From positions 750,001 to 782,000 of the forward strand of contig NC_007493.2 of assembly GCF_000012905.2 (NCBI RefSeq): a stretch of 32,000 nt of DNA, read 5' to 3'. Positions within the stretch are counted from its first letter, which is position 1; every line of letters starts with the position of its first letter. The position numbers were made by a program, and so were the translations under genes. The notes beneath the pieces were generated by a model, which had not been told where the DNA came from, made no database searches, and saw only the letters and a list, made by a program, of their open reading frames with translations. Below, one piece after another: positions 17,728 to 26,290 of the stretch. This stretch comes from Cereibacter sphaeroides 2.4.1 (GTDB lineage Bacteria > Pseudomonadota > Alphaproteobacteria > Rhodobacterales > Rhodobacteraceae).

Positions 17728-20700
17728 ATGCTCGCCGCCGCTGTCCATCCCACCTCTTCCGACACTCTCGACGAGGCGGGCCTCGTGGCGCGCCTGATCG
17801 CCGAGGCCGATCTCGACCCGTCCGCCCGTGCGCGCATCGTGGACCGCGGGGCGGATCTCGTCCGCCGCATCCGTCAGGGATCGCGGCCCGGGCTGATGGA
17901 GGGCTTCCTTGCGGAATACGGCCTCTCGACCGACGAGGGGATCGCGCTCATGTGCCTGGCCGAGGCGCTGCTGCGGGTGCCGGATGCCGAGACGATGGAT
18001 GCGCTGATCGAGGACAAGATCGCGCCCTCGGACTGGAACCGGCATCTGGGGCGGTCGGCCTCGAGCCTTGTCAATGCCTCGACCTGGGCGCTGATGCTGA
18101 CGGGCAAGGTGCTCGACGACCGCGAGCCGGGCGTGGCGGGCCATCTGCGCGGCCTCGTGCGGCGGCTGGGCGAGCCGGTGATCCGCAAGGCCGTGGCCCG
18201 CGCCATGAAGGAGATGGGGCGCCAGTTCGTGCTGGGCGAGACCATCGAGGGCGCGATGGCGCGCGCGGCCGAGCTGGAGGCCAAGGGCTACAGCTACAGC
18301 TACGACATGCTGGGCGAGGCTGCCCGGACCGAAGCCGATGCGCGGCGCTATCATCTGGCCTATTCGCGCGCCATCACCGCCATCGCGGCGGCGGCGAAGA
18401 GCCGTGACATCCGCGACAATCCGGGGATCTCGGTCAAGCTCTCGGCGCTGCATCCGCGCTACGAGGTGGCCAAGCGCACCCGCGTGCTGGCCGAGCTCGT
18501 GCCGCGCGTGACGGCGCTGGCGGGGCTGGCGCGGGCGGCGGGCCTCGGCTTCAACATCGACGCCGAGGAGGCCGACCGGCTCGATCTCTCGCTCGAGGTG
18601 ATCGCGGCCGCACTGGCCGAGCCGTCGCTTGCGGGCTGGGACGGGTTCGGCGTGGTGGTGCAGGCCTACGGTCGCCGCGCGGGCGAGGTGCTGGACCGGC
18701 TTTATGGCATGGCCGTGCGGCTCGACCGCAAGCTGATGGTGCGGCTCGTGAAGGGCGCCTACTGGGACGGCGAGGTGAAGCGGGCGCAGGTGCTGGGTCT
18801 GGACGACTTCCCGGTCTTCACCCGCAAGATGGCGACGGATGTGAGCTACATCGCGCAGGCCCGCAAGCTCTTCTCCATGTCCGACCGGATCTATCCGCAG
18901 TTCGCCACCCACAATGCCCATACGGTGGCCGCGATCCTCGAGCTGGCCGAGGGGCGCCCGTTCGAGTTCCAGCGCCTGCACGGCATGGGCGAGCGGCTGC
19001 ATGACCTCGTGCTGACCGAAGAGAAGACGCGCTGCCGGATCTATGCGCCGGTGGGCGCGCACCGCGATCTTCTGGCCTATCTGGTGCGCCGCCTGCTCGA
19101 GAACGGGGCCAATTCGAGCTTCGTGAACCAGATCGTCGATGAGAGCGTGAGCCCTGAGGCGGTGGCGGCCTGCCCGCTCACCGCGATGGAGCGGACGGAG
19201 CCCGTGCGCAACCCGGTGCTGCGCGCCGGCACCGACCTCTTTCCCGGGCGCAGGAACTCGCGCGGCTTCGATCTCGCCTCGGCCGAGGATCTGGCGCTGA
19301 TCGAGAGCGCGCGCAGCCCCCACCGGACGGCGCTGTTCGATGCGCGGCCGATCCTCGCGGAATCGCTCGCGGGCGGGCAGCGGGCCGAGGTGACGGATCC
19401 TTCCACCGGGGCGCGGGTGGGCAATGTGCTGCCCGCGAGCCTGCCCGATGTGGAGACCGCGCTCCATCATGCCGTGCCGTGGGAGGCGCGCCCCGAGGAC
19501 CGGGCAGAGGTGCTGCGCCGCGCGGCCGACCTCTACGAGGCGAGCTTCGGCCCGATCTTCGCCCTTCTGGCGCGCGAGGCGGGCAAGACGCTGCCCGATG
19601 CGGTGGGCGAGCTGCGCGAGGCGGTGGATTTCCTGCGCTACTATGCGGCCGAGGGCGAGGCGCTGACTGCGCCGCCTCTGGGCACCGTGGTCTGCATCAG
19701 CCCCTGGAACTTCCCGCTTGCGATCTTCACCGGCCAGATCGCGGCCGCGCTGATGGCGGGCAATGCGGTGCTGGCCAAGCCCGCCGAACAGACGCCGCTG
19801 ATCGCGGCTCTCGCGGTCGAGCTTCTGCACCGGGCGGGCGTGCCCGTCACCGCGCTCCAGCTTCTGCCGGGCGAGGGCGGGACGGTGGGTGCGGCCCTCA
19901 CGCGCGATCCGCGGGTGGGGGGCGTGGTCTTCACCGGCTCGACCGAGACGGCGCGGGCGATCCGGCAGAGCATGGCGGCCCATCTCGATCCCGCGGCCCC
20001 GCTCATCGCCGAGACCGGCGGCCTCAATGCGATGATCGTCGATTCGACCGCGCTGCCCGAGCAGGCGGTGCGCGACATCCTCGCCTCGGCCTTCCAGTCG
20101 GCGGGCCAGCGCTGCTCGGCGCTCCGTTGCCTCTATCTGCAGGAGGATGTGGCCGAGGGCGTGCTCGAGATGCTCTTCGGCGCGATGGACGAGCTGCAGG
20201 CGGGCGAGCCCTGGGATCTGGCAACCGACCTGAGCCCGGTGATCGATGCCGAGGCGCAGGCGGGCATCCGCGACTGGATCGCCGCCGCCCGCGCCGAGGG
20301 GCGGGTGCTGAAGCAGCTGGCGGTGCCCGCGCGCGGCACCTTCGTCGGCCCGACGGTGATCCGCGTGGGCTCGATCCGCGAGATGGACCGCGAGATCTTC
20401 GGGCCGGTCCTGCATGTCGCGACCTTCCGCGCCACCGAGATCGACCGGGTGATCGCCGAGATCGACGCCACGGGCTACGGGCTGACCTTCGGCCTGCACA
20501 GCCGGATCGACGACCGGGTGCAGGCGCTGGTGGGCCGGCTGCGGGTGGGCAACATCTACGTCAACCGCAACCAGATCGGCGCCGTGGTGGGCAGCCAGCC
20601 CTTCGGCGGCGAGGGGCTCTCGGGCACCGGGCCGAAGGCGGGCGGCCCGGCCTATCTGGCGCGGCTGGTGAGCCGGCCCGCGCCGGATTGCGCCGGGAGC

Positions 20701-21369
20701 GAGGCGCCCGCGCAGCCCGCGGCCGAGGTGCAGGCGGCGCTCGACCGCCTCGCGCCCAAGGCCGGAGAGCTCATCGGCACCCACGCACTGCCGGGGCCCA
20801 CGGGCGAGTCGAACCGCCTCTCGCTCCTCCGCCGTCCGCCGCTCCTCTGCCTCGGGCCGGGCGCGGCCGCCGCCCGGGCGCAGGCCGAGGCGGTGCGCAC
20901 GCTCGGCGGGCTCGCGGTCGAGGCGCCGGGCCTCGCGCCCGAGGCGCTGGCCACGCTTCGCGGCTTCGCGGGCGCGCTCTTCTGGGGCGGGGCCGGGGAC
21001 GCGCGACCCCGGGCGCAGGCGCTGGCGTCGCGCGAGGGGGCGATCCTGCCGCTGATCGGCGGCCTGCCCGACGAGGCCCATGTCGCGGTGGAGCGGCATC
21101 TCTGCATCGACACCACCGCCTCGGGGGCAATGCCGAACTTCTCGCCGCGGCCTCCGGCGGGCGGTAGGAGGCCCGGCCGCCGCACGCGGCTGCGGAGGAA
21201 GCGGCCCGTGCGCTGGAGAAAGACGGATCCCGAACGGGGCCGGCGGGCGGCGTCTTCGCCCGCCCGTCCGGCGCAGGGGGATGGGCTCCGGCGCCCGGGC
21301 TGCCCCTGCCTTGGCGCGGTCCGGGCGATCGCGTCCGGCGGCATCCGCAGGGCTGCGTTCCGCGCTTGA
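17728..21369 (+). CDS. putA: Bifunctional proline dehydrogenase / P5C (glutamate-gamma-semialdehyde) dehydrogenase PutA. The ORF as given runs to 21369, but the conserved C-terminus is in the -1 frame and ends at 21167.
   Basis: RBS AGGAG precedes ATG 17728. The PRODH barrel is followed by an ALDH domain (ETGGLNAMIVD, FQSAGQRCSALR). After residue 1133 the frame becomes Arg-rich junk. The -1 frame reads GGNAELLAAASGGR* (see finding). Confidence 0.88.
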   Translation: MLAAAVHPTSSDTLDEAGLVARLIAEADLDPSARARIVDRGADLVRRIRQGSRPGLMEGFLAEYGLSTDEGIALMCLAEALLRVPDAETMDALIEDKIAPSDWNRHLGRSASSLVNASTWALMLTGKVLDDREPGVAGHLRGLVRRLGEPVIRKAVARAMKEMGRQFVLGETIEGAMARAAELEAKGYSYSYDMLGEAARTEADARRYHLAYSRAITAIAAAAKSRDIRDNPGISVKLSALHPRYEVAKRTRVLAELVPRVTALAGLARAAGLGFNIDAEEADRLDLSLEVIAAALAEPSLAGWDGFGVVVQAYGRRAGEVLDRLYGMAVRLDRKLMVRLVKGAYWDGEVKRAQVLGLDDFPVFTRKMATDVSYIAQARKLFSMSDRIYPQFATHNAHTVAAILELAEGRPFEFQRLHGMGERLHDLVLTEEKTRCRIYAPVGAHRDLLAYLVRRLLENGANSSFVNQIVDESVSPEAVAACPLTAMERTEPVRNPVLRAGTDLFPGRRNSRGFDLASAEDLALIESARSPHRTALFDARPILAESLAGGQRAEVTDPSTGARVGNVLPASLPDVETALHHAVPWEARPEDRAEVLRRAADLYEASFGPIFALLAREAGKTLPDAVGELREAVDFLRYYAAEGEALTAPPLGTVVCISPWNFPLAIFTGQIAAALMAGNAVLAKPAEQTPLIAALAVELLHRAGVPVTALQLLPGEGGTVGAALTRDPRVGGVVFTGSTETARAIRQSMAAHLDPAAPLIAETGGLNAMIVDSTALPEQAVRDILASAFQSAGQRCSALRCLYLQEDVAEGVLEMLFGAMDELQAGEPWDLATDLSPVIDAEAQAGIRDWIAAARAEGRVLKQLAVPARGTFVGPTVIRVGSIREMDREIFGPVLHVATFRATEIDRVIAEIDATGYGLTFGLHSRIDDRVQALVGRLRVGNIYVNRNQIGAVVGSQPFGGEGLSGTGPKAGGPAYLARLVSRPAPDCAGSEAPAQPAAEVQAALDRLAPKAGELIGTHALPGPTGESNRLSLLRRPPLLCLGPGAAAARAQAEAVRTLGGLAVEAPGLAPEALATLRGFAGALFWGGAGDARPRAQALASREGAILPLIGGLPDEAHVAVERHLCIDTTASGAMPNFSPRPPAGGRRPGRRTRLRRKRPVRWRKTDPERGRRAASSPARPAQGDGLRRPGCPCLGAVRAIASGGIRRAAFRA
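21242..21264 (+). terminator. GC hairpin, likely the putA terminator
   Basis: GGCGGGCG (21242-21249) pairs with CGCCCGCC (21257-21264) around a 7-nt loop (gcgtctt). It lies inside the nominal 3' extension of the putA ORF. Confidence 0.4.
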
Positions 21370-21399
21370 CGGCACGCACGGGATCGGAAACGCTGCGCC

Positions 21400-22140
21400 A
21401 TGTTTCCGATCCGCGACCACAATCCCTCGGGCCGCACGCCCTATATGACCTATGCGCTGATCGCGGCGAATGTCCTGATCTTTCTCGCGATGCATTACGG
21501 CTCGGCTTCGCCTCTGGCGCTGGAGGCCGCCTTCTTCGACTGGGGCCTCGTGCCCGCGGAACTGATGCAGGGGCAGGGCTACGAGGGGCTTCTGACCTCG
21601 ATGTTCCTCCATGGCGGCTGGGCGCATCTGCTCGGCAACATGCTCTTTCTCTACATCTACGGCGACAATCTCGAGGATGTGCTGGGGCACGGCGGCTTCT
21701 CGCTCTTCTACCTCGCCGCGGGGCTTGCGGCGGCAGGCGCGCAGGTGCTGGCCGATCCCTTCTCGTGGATCCCCATGGTGGGCGCCTCGGGCGCCATCGC
21801 CGGGGTGATGGGGGGCTATCTCCTCCTCTTTCCGAGGGCGAAGGTCGATGTGCTCATCATCATCGTCATCTTCTTCCGCATCATTCCCGTCCCGGCCTTC
21901 CTGCTGCTCGGGCTCTGGTTCCTGTTCCAGATCGTCTCGGGCGTGGCGGTGCCGACCGATCAGGGCGGCGTGGCCTACTGGGCCCATGCGGGCGGCTTCG
22001 GCGCGGGCATCCTGCTCACGCTGCCCGCCTTCATCGCCCGCGGCGGGCCGGCCTTCTGGCAGCGCACCCACGGGCTGCCTCCCCATCCCGAGGCGGCGCT
22101 GCCGCGCTCGAACGTCCCTCTTGTGCGGAGAAAGCGATGA
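21400..22140 (+). CDS. Rhomboid-family intramembrane serine protease
   Basis: 246 aa with six TM helices. Motifs are HGGWAHLLGNMLFL, the catalytic GASGAIAG (GxSG) and AHAGGFGAG (catalytic His). Confidence 0.9.
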   Translation: MFPIRDHNPSGRTPYMTYALIAANVLIFLAMHYGSASPLALEAAFFDWGLVPAELMQGQGYEGLLTSMFLHGGWAHLLGNMLFLYIYGDNLEDVLGHGGFSLFYLAAGLAAAGAQVLADPFSWIPMVGASGAIAGVMGGYLLLFPRAKVDVLIIIVIFFRIIPVPAFLLLGLWFLFQIVSGVAVPTDQGGVAYWAHAGGFGAGILLTLPAFIARGGPAFWQRTHGLPPHPEAALPRSNVPLVRRKR

Positions 22141-22493
22141 AAGGCACCTGCCACTGCGGCGCGGTCGAGATCGAGGTCGAGCTCCTGAACGGCTTCGCCG
22201 ATGCGCGGCGCTGCGACTGTTCCTTCTGCCGCCGCCGCGGCGCCATTGCGGCCACCGCGCGGCTCTCGGATCTGCGGGTGGTGCGCGGCGCGGAGAACCT
22301 CACGCTCTACCAGTTCGGCACCCGGACGGCGAAACACTGGTTCTGCCGGACCTGCGGGATCTACACCCACCACCAGCGGCGGTCGAACCCCGAGGAATAC
22401 GGGGTGAATGTGGCGATCCTCGAGGGCGTCAATCCGCGCGATCTGGGGGAGGTGCCGTGGACGGACGGGGTGAACCACCCGTCCGACCGCTGA
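22137..22493 (+). CDS. GFA (glutathione-dependent formaldehyde-activating / CENP-V) family protein
   Basis: 118 aa from ATG 22137; the ATGA overlaps the rhomboid stop. Cys clusters are CHCG, CDCSFC and FCRTCG. Confidence 0.82.
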   Translation: MKGTCHCGAVEIEVELLNGFADARRCDCSFCRRRGAIAATARLSDLRVVRGAENLTLYQFGTRTAKHWFCRTCGIYTHHQRRSNPEEYGVNVAILEGVNPRDLGEVPWTDGVNHPSDR

Positions 22494-22702
22494 GGGAGGC
22501 TGGCCAGCGTCCCCTGGCGGTCCTGACAGGTCCGGGCACCGATGCGGCCGACGCACGCCGGGAGGGCGTCCCTCCGCCGTTCCCTGAGGGTGGCGCAGGT
22601 GCGGGCAGGTATCCTGCTAGGGCGTCGACGCGCGTCAGGAGGACCGCTTCAGCGAGCCAACCAGAGCAAGCCACGTCCGGCACGGCCGCCGGCCGCGCTC
22701 CA

Positions 22703-22727
22703 CCGCCCGCCCTTCCGGGCGGGGCGG
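22703..22727. terminator. Bidirectional hairpin between the convergent GFA and suhB-like genes
   Basis: CCGCCCGCCC-ttcc-GGGCGGGGCGG (one bulge) abuts the suhB-like stop at 22729. It shares an 18-nt identity with 29444-29461. Confidence 0.45.
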
Positions 22728-22728
22728 C

Positions 22729-23514
22729 TCACTCGCCGCGGATGACCTTGCGGAAGGGCTCGAACAGGTTCTGGTTGCCGCAGATGAGCGAGCCGTCGAT
22801 CGGGTTCTGATCCTCGCGGATGCCCGAGATCAGACCGCCGGCCTCGCGCACGAGCACCACGCCCGCCGCCACGTCCCACGCGCTCACGCCGCGCTCCCAG
22901 TAGCCGTCGTAGCGGCCCGCCGCCACATAGGCGAGGTCGAGCGCCGCCGAGCCCCAGCGCCGCACGCCGGCGCAGGTGGGCATGAGCCGGGCCAGATCCT
23001 GCAGCGTTGCAGGCAGGGTGGAGCGGCCGCCGAAGGGCACGCCGGTGGCGAAGATCGCCTCGATCATGTGGCGTCGGCCCGAGACGCGCAGGCGGCTTTC
23101 GTTCATCCAGGCGCCCGCGCCCTTCTCGGCCCAGTAGAGCTCGTCCTTGGCTGCGTCGAAGATCACGCCCGCCACGATCTCGCCCTTGTGCTCGAGCGCG
23201 ATCGAGACCGCCCAGTGCGGCAGGCCGTGGAGGTAGTTCGTCGTCCCGTCGAGCGGATCGACGATCCATCGCCGGGTCGGGTCCTGACCGGCGGCCTCGC
23301 CGGTCTCCTCGCCGAGCCAGCCGTAGGTCGGGCGCGCGCCCATCAGCTCCTCGCGGATGATCCGCTCGGCCTCGCGATCGGCCTTGGACACGAAGTCGCC
23401 CGGCCCCTTGGACGAGACCTGCAGGTTCTCGACCTCGCGGAAGTCCTTCACGAGCGAGCGCCCCGCCTTGCGGGCCGCCTTGATCATCAGGTTGAGGTTC
23501 GCGCTGCCTTGCAT
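22729..23514 (-). CDS. suhB: Inositol monophosphatase family protein (SuhB-like)
   Basis: 261 aa from ATG 23514, with GGAG 9 nt upstream. Motifs are WIVDPLDGTTNY and the WDVAAG region. The 788-aa track ORF is a 5' over-extension. Confidence 0.9.
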   Translation of the reverse strand: MQGSANLNLMIKAARKAGRSLVKDFREVENLQVSSKGPGDFVSKADREAERIIREELMGARPTYGWLGEETGEAAGQDPTRRWIVDPLDGTTNYLHGLPHWAVSIALEHKGEIVAGVIFDAAKDELYWAEKGAGAWMNESRLRVSGRRHMIEAIFATGVPFGGRSTLPATLQDLARLMPTCAGVRRWGSAALDLAYVAAGRYDGYWERGVSAWDVAAGVVLVREAGGLISGIREDQNPIDGSLICGNQNLFEPFRKVIRGE

Positions 23515-23612
23515 CCGTCCGGGCTCCATCCGTTCAAGGGCGCTGCTATAAGGCGGGAAGGGCCGGAAGGGAAGGGAGGAACCGACAGGCCGGAGCCCGA
23601 GGGCCAAGCCGG

Positions 23613-23634
23613 GGCCGCCCTCCGGCAGGCGGCC
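23613..23634 (-). terminator. Hairpin after the pit stop
   Basis: GGCCGCC (23613-23619) pairs with GGCGGCC (23628-23634) around an 8-nt loop. It lies 12 nt downstream of the stop on the minus strand. Confidence 0.35.
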
Positions 23635-23645
23635 GCCGCCCCCGG

Positions 23646-25163
23646 TCAGTTGCCGAGGGTGCGCAGCCCGAGGAAGATCGCGGCCGACAGGGCGGCGGTG
23701 GCGGGCACCGTCACCACCCAGGCGGCGCCGATGGTCAGGAAATGCGCCCGGCGCACCAGCTTGCGGCGCTTGCGCTCTTCGGGCGGCAGGGGCTTGCCCT
23801 TGATGAGGCCCAGGGCGCGGCTGCGGCGCTCGGCCTGCCACTCGCGGTAGAAGCCCACGCCGAAGATGCCGCCCACGGCGATGTGGGTCGACGAGACCGG
23901 CAGCCCCAGCCCCGAGGCCACGATGACGGTGATCGCCGCCGACAGCGCCACGCAGTAGGCCCGCATCGGATTGAGCTTGGTGATCTCGGATCCGACCATG
24001 CGGATCAGCTTCGGCCCGAACAGCACGAGCCCGAACGAGATCCCGCCCGCCCCGATGATCATGACCCAGAGCGGGATCGAGACCTTGGCGGCCGTGTCTC
24101 CGTCCGAGACCGCATGGACGATGGCTGCGAGCGGGCCCACCGCATTGGCCACGTCGTTGGCGCCATGGGCGAAGGAGAGGAGCGCGGCCGAGACGACGAG
24201 CGGCAGGCCGAACAGCTTCTTCAGCGACTTCTTGCGGTTCTCGAGGCCCTCGGACTGGCGGCGCACCAGCGGGCGGGTGAGAAAGACCGTCAGCACGCCG
24301 AAGACGAGCCCGATCAGCAGCGCCGCCGGAAGATCCACCTCCATCAGCTTGCGCAGGCCCTTCAGCACCAGATAGGCCGAGAAGGCCGCGGCCATGACCC
24401 CGATCAGGAGCGGCACCCAGAAGCGGGCCGCCGCGATCTTGTCCTCGGCATCGATCAGCCGGTGCTTGATGAAGGCGAGGAAGAGCGCCGCGAAGACGCC
24501 GCCCAGCACCGGCGAGATCACCCAGCTGGCGGCGATCTGGCCCATCACCGGCCAGTTCACCGCGCCGAGGCCCGCGGCCACCATGCCCGCACCCATCACG
24601 CCGCCCACGATGGAATGGGTGGTCGAGACCGGCGCGCCGATGGCGGTGGCCACGTTCAGCCAGACGGCGGCGGCGATCAGCGCGGCCATCATGGCCCAGA
24701 CGAAAATCCCGGCCTCGGCGACCGAGGCCGGGTCCACGATCCCGCCCGAGATGGTGCTGACGACGTCGCCGCCCGCGATGAGCGCCCCCGCCGTCTCGAA
24801 GACCGCCGCGATGGCGAGGGCCCCGGTCATGGTCAGCGCATTGGCACCGACCGCGGGCCCCATGTTGTTGGCCACGTCGTTGGCGCCGATGTTCAGCGCC
24901 ATGTAGGCGCCGAAGGCCGCCGCCGCGACGATGACGAGCGCATTGGGCGTGCCGCCGACGATGACCGAGGCGGCGACGCCGGCCAGCACGATGAAGACCA
25001 GCGCGATCCCGAGGGAGAGGAGCGGGCGGCCGACGAACTGGCCGGCCTGTTCGAGCTGGACGATCCGCTTGAGATCCTTGTCGAGCGTCTTCCACTGGTT
25101 GATCGGGGCGCCCGTCTCGGGCGTTCCCGCAGTCTCGGCAGGTCGGGTCGGTGGGAGGGTCAT
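23646..25163 (-). CDS. pitA: Inorganic phosphate transporter, PiT family
   Basis: The duplicated PiT signature is present (NIGANDVANNMGP and HGANDVANAVGP), with about 10 TM helices. I chose ATG 25163 (MTLPP..). The track start at 25223 is a TTG and cannot be excluded. Confidence 0.88.
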   Translation of the reverse strand: MTLPPTRPAETAGTPETGAPINQWKTLDKDLKRIVQLEQAGQFVGRPLLSLGIALVFIVLAGVAASVIVGGTPNALVIVAAAAFGAYMALNIGANDVANNMGPAVGANALTMTGALAIAAVFETAGALIAGGDVVSTISGGIVDPASVAEAGIFVWAMMAALIAAAVWLNVATAIGAPVSTTHSIVGGVMGAGMVAAGLGAVNWPVMGQIAASWVISPVLGGVFAALFLAFIKHRLIDAEDKIAAARFWVPLLIGVMAAAFSAYLVLKGLRKLMEVDLPAALLIGLVFGVLTVFLTRPLVRRQSEGLENRKKSLKKLFGLPLVVSAALLSFAHGANDVANAVGPLAAIVHAVSDGDTAAKVSIPLWVMIIGAGGISFGLVLFGPKLIRMVGSEITKLNPMRAYCVALSAAITVIVASGLGLPVSSTHIAVGGIFGVGFYREWQAERRSRALGLIKGKPLPPEERKRRKLVRRAHFLTIGAAWVVTVPATAALSAAIFLGLRTLGN

Positions 25164-25290
25164 TCCTGGCCTGTCATCTAAGCTTTGCGCGGCGGAGGTA
25201 TCGTTTTGCGTCCTTTCGGGCAATCCGATTCCGTTCGGAGAGGGGGCTCCGCCGTGCCGTCCCGACGCGGGAGGCGGCCCATTGTTCCCG

Positions 25291-26196
25291 TCAGGCCCGC
25301 TGAAGCTTCACGGGCTCGCTGCGTCCGAGGCGCAGGAAATGGGCCATGAAGGGCTTTGTCGCATCCTCCGTGCGCGTCGCGGCATAGAGGCGCTTCGTCA
25401 CCGTCTTCGGCCCGAGCGGCCGGGTCACATAGTCGGCATGGCTGCGCACGTCGCGCAGTACCCAGTCGGGCAGCACCGAGACGCCGCGATTCGAGGCCAC
25501 CAGCATCAGGATCACCGCCGTGAGCTCGACCTGCCGCGTGCCGCGCGGCTCGACCTTGGCCGGGGTCAGCACCTCGGTGAAGACGTCGAGCCGGTCGCGC
25601 GACACCGGATAGGTGATGAGCATCTGGTCGCGGAAGTCCTCGGCCGAGATGAACTCCCGCGCCGCCAATGGGTTCGAGGCGGCGGCGACGAAGGTCGGGT
25701 GGTAGTCGAAGAGCGGATTGAAGACCATGCCCTCGACCGTGACCGGATCGGAGGAGATCACCAGATCCACCTCCTCGCGCATCAGGGCGGGCAGCGCCTC
25801 GAAGGCGAGGCCCGCGCGGATGTCCACGTCGATCTCGGGCCAGGCGTGGCGGAAGAGCTCGAGCACGGGGAACAGCCATTCGAAACATGCGTGGCATTCA
25901 ATGGCGATATGCAGCCGCCCGGTGCGTCCCGAGCGCAGCGCACGGAACTCGTCTTCGAGCGCGTCGATCTCGGGCAGGATGCGCTCGGCCAGCCGCAGCA
26001 GGCGGATACCGGCGGCCGAAAGCTTCAAGGGTTTGGAGCGCCTTACGAAAAGCTCTATCCCGGCCTGATCTTCCAGCCCCTTTACCTGATGCGAAAGGGC
26101 CGACTGGGTCATGTGGAGCACGTCGGCCGCGCGCGCCAGACCCCCCGCCTGATGGATCGCGCGGATGGTGCGCAGATGGCGGAGCTCGAGGTGCAT
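25291..26196 (-). CDS. metR: LysR-family transcriptional regulator, MetR-like
   Basis: 301 aa from ATG 26196 (MHLELRHLRTIRAI..). By recall it aligns along its length with E. coli MetR (TQSALSHQ, IAIECH.C..WL, LITYPV.R.RLDV). It is divergent from metF. Confidence 0.85.
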   Translation of the reverse strand: MHLELRHLRTIRAIHQAGGLARAADVLHMTQSALSHQVKGLEDQAGIELFVRRSKPLKLSAAGIRLLRLAERILPEIDALEDEFRALRSGRTGRLHIAIECHACFEWLFPVLELFRHAWPEIDVDIRAGLAFEALPALMREEVDLVISSDPVTVEGMVFNPLFDYHPTFVAAASNPLAAREFISAEDFRDQMLITYPVSRDRLDVFTEVLTPAKVEPRGTRQVELTAVILMLVASNRGVSVLPDWVLRDVRSHADYVTRPLGPKTVTKRLYAATRTEDATKPFMAHFLRLGRSEPVKLQRA

Positions 26197-26230
26197 GTTA
26201 CAAATCGCCTCATATTGATCTTGAGCATTA

Positions 26231-26243
26231 TGAATTTGTCTCA
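26231..26243. promoter_or_regulatory. MetR-box-like dyad in the metR/metF intergenic region
   Basis: TGAAtttgtCTCA compared with the recalled MetR consensus TGAA-N5-TTCA (7/8). It sits in a 94-bp AT-rich divergent region. Confidence 0.3.
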
Positions 26244-26290
26244 CATGGCAGAAGCTGCCACAAGAGACGCAAGGAACAGGAGACAGTCCC

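Noticed and set aside
17641-22086. 1481-aa minus-strand ORF, the longest in the track
   Set aside because: It is antisense to putA and the rhomboid gene. Its composition is Arg/Gly/Pro/Ala-rich with no recognisable motifs. Long open antisense frames are expected at this GC content.
22729-25095. 788-aa ORF, considered as a large SuhB fusion
   Set aside because: Only the last 261 codons (from ATG 23514, which has an RBS) match inositol monophosphatases. The remainder lies out of frame over the PiT transporter gene.
25159-25177. Exact CTGTCAT (25171-25177) near the pit start as a Pho box
   Set aside because: It is only a single half-site. The neighbouring GTCAT (25159-25163) is 14 bp away rather than 11. 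The positions 11 bp to either side do not match. It is on the opposite strand to pit and may lie inside the CDS if the TTG start at 25223 is used.
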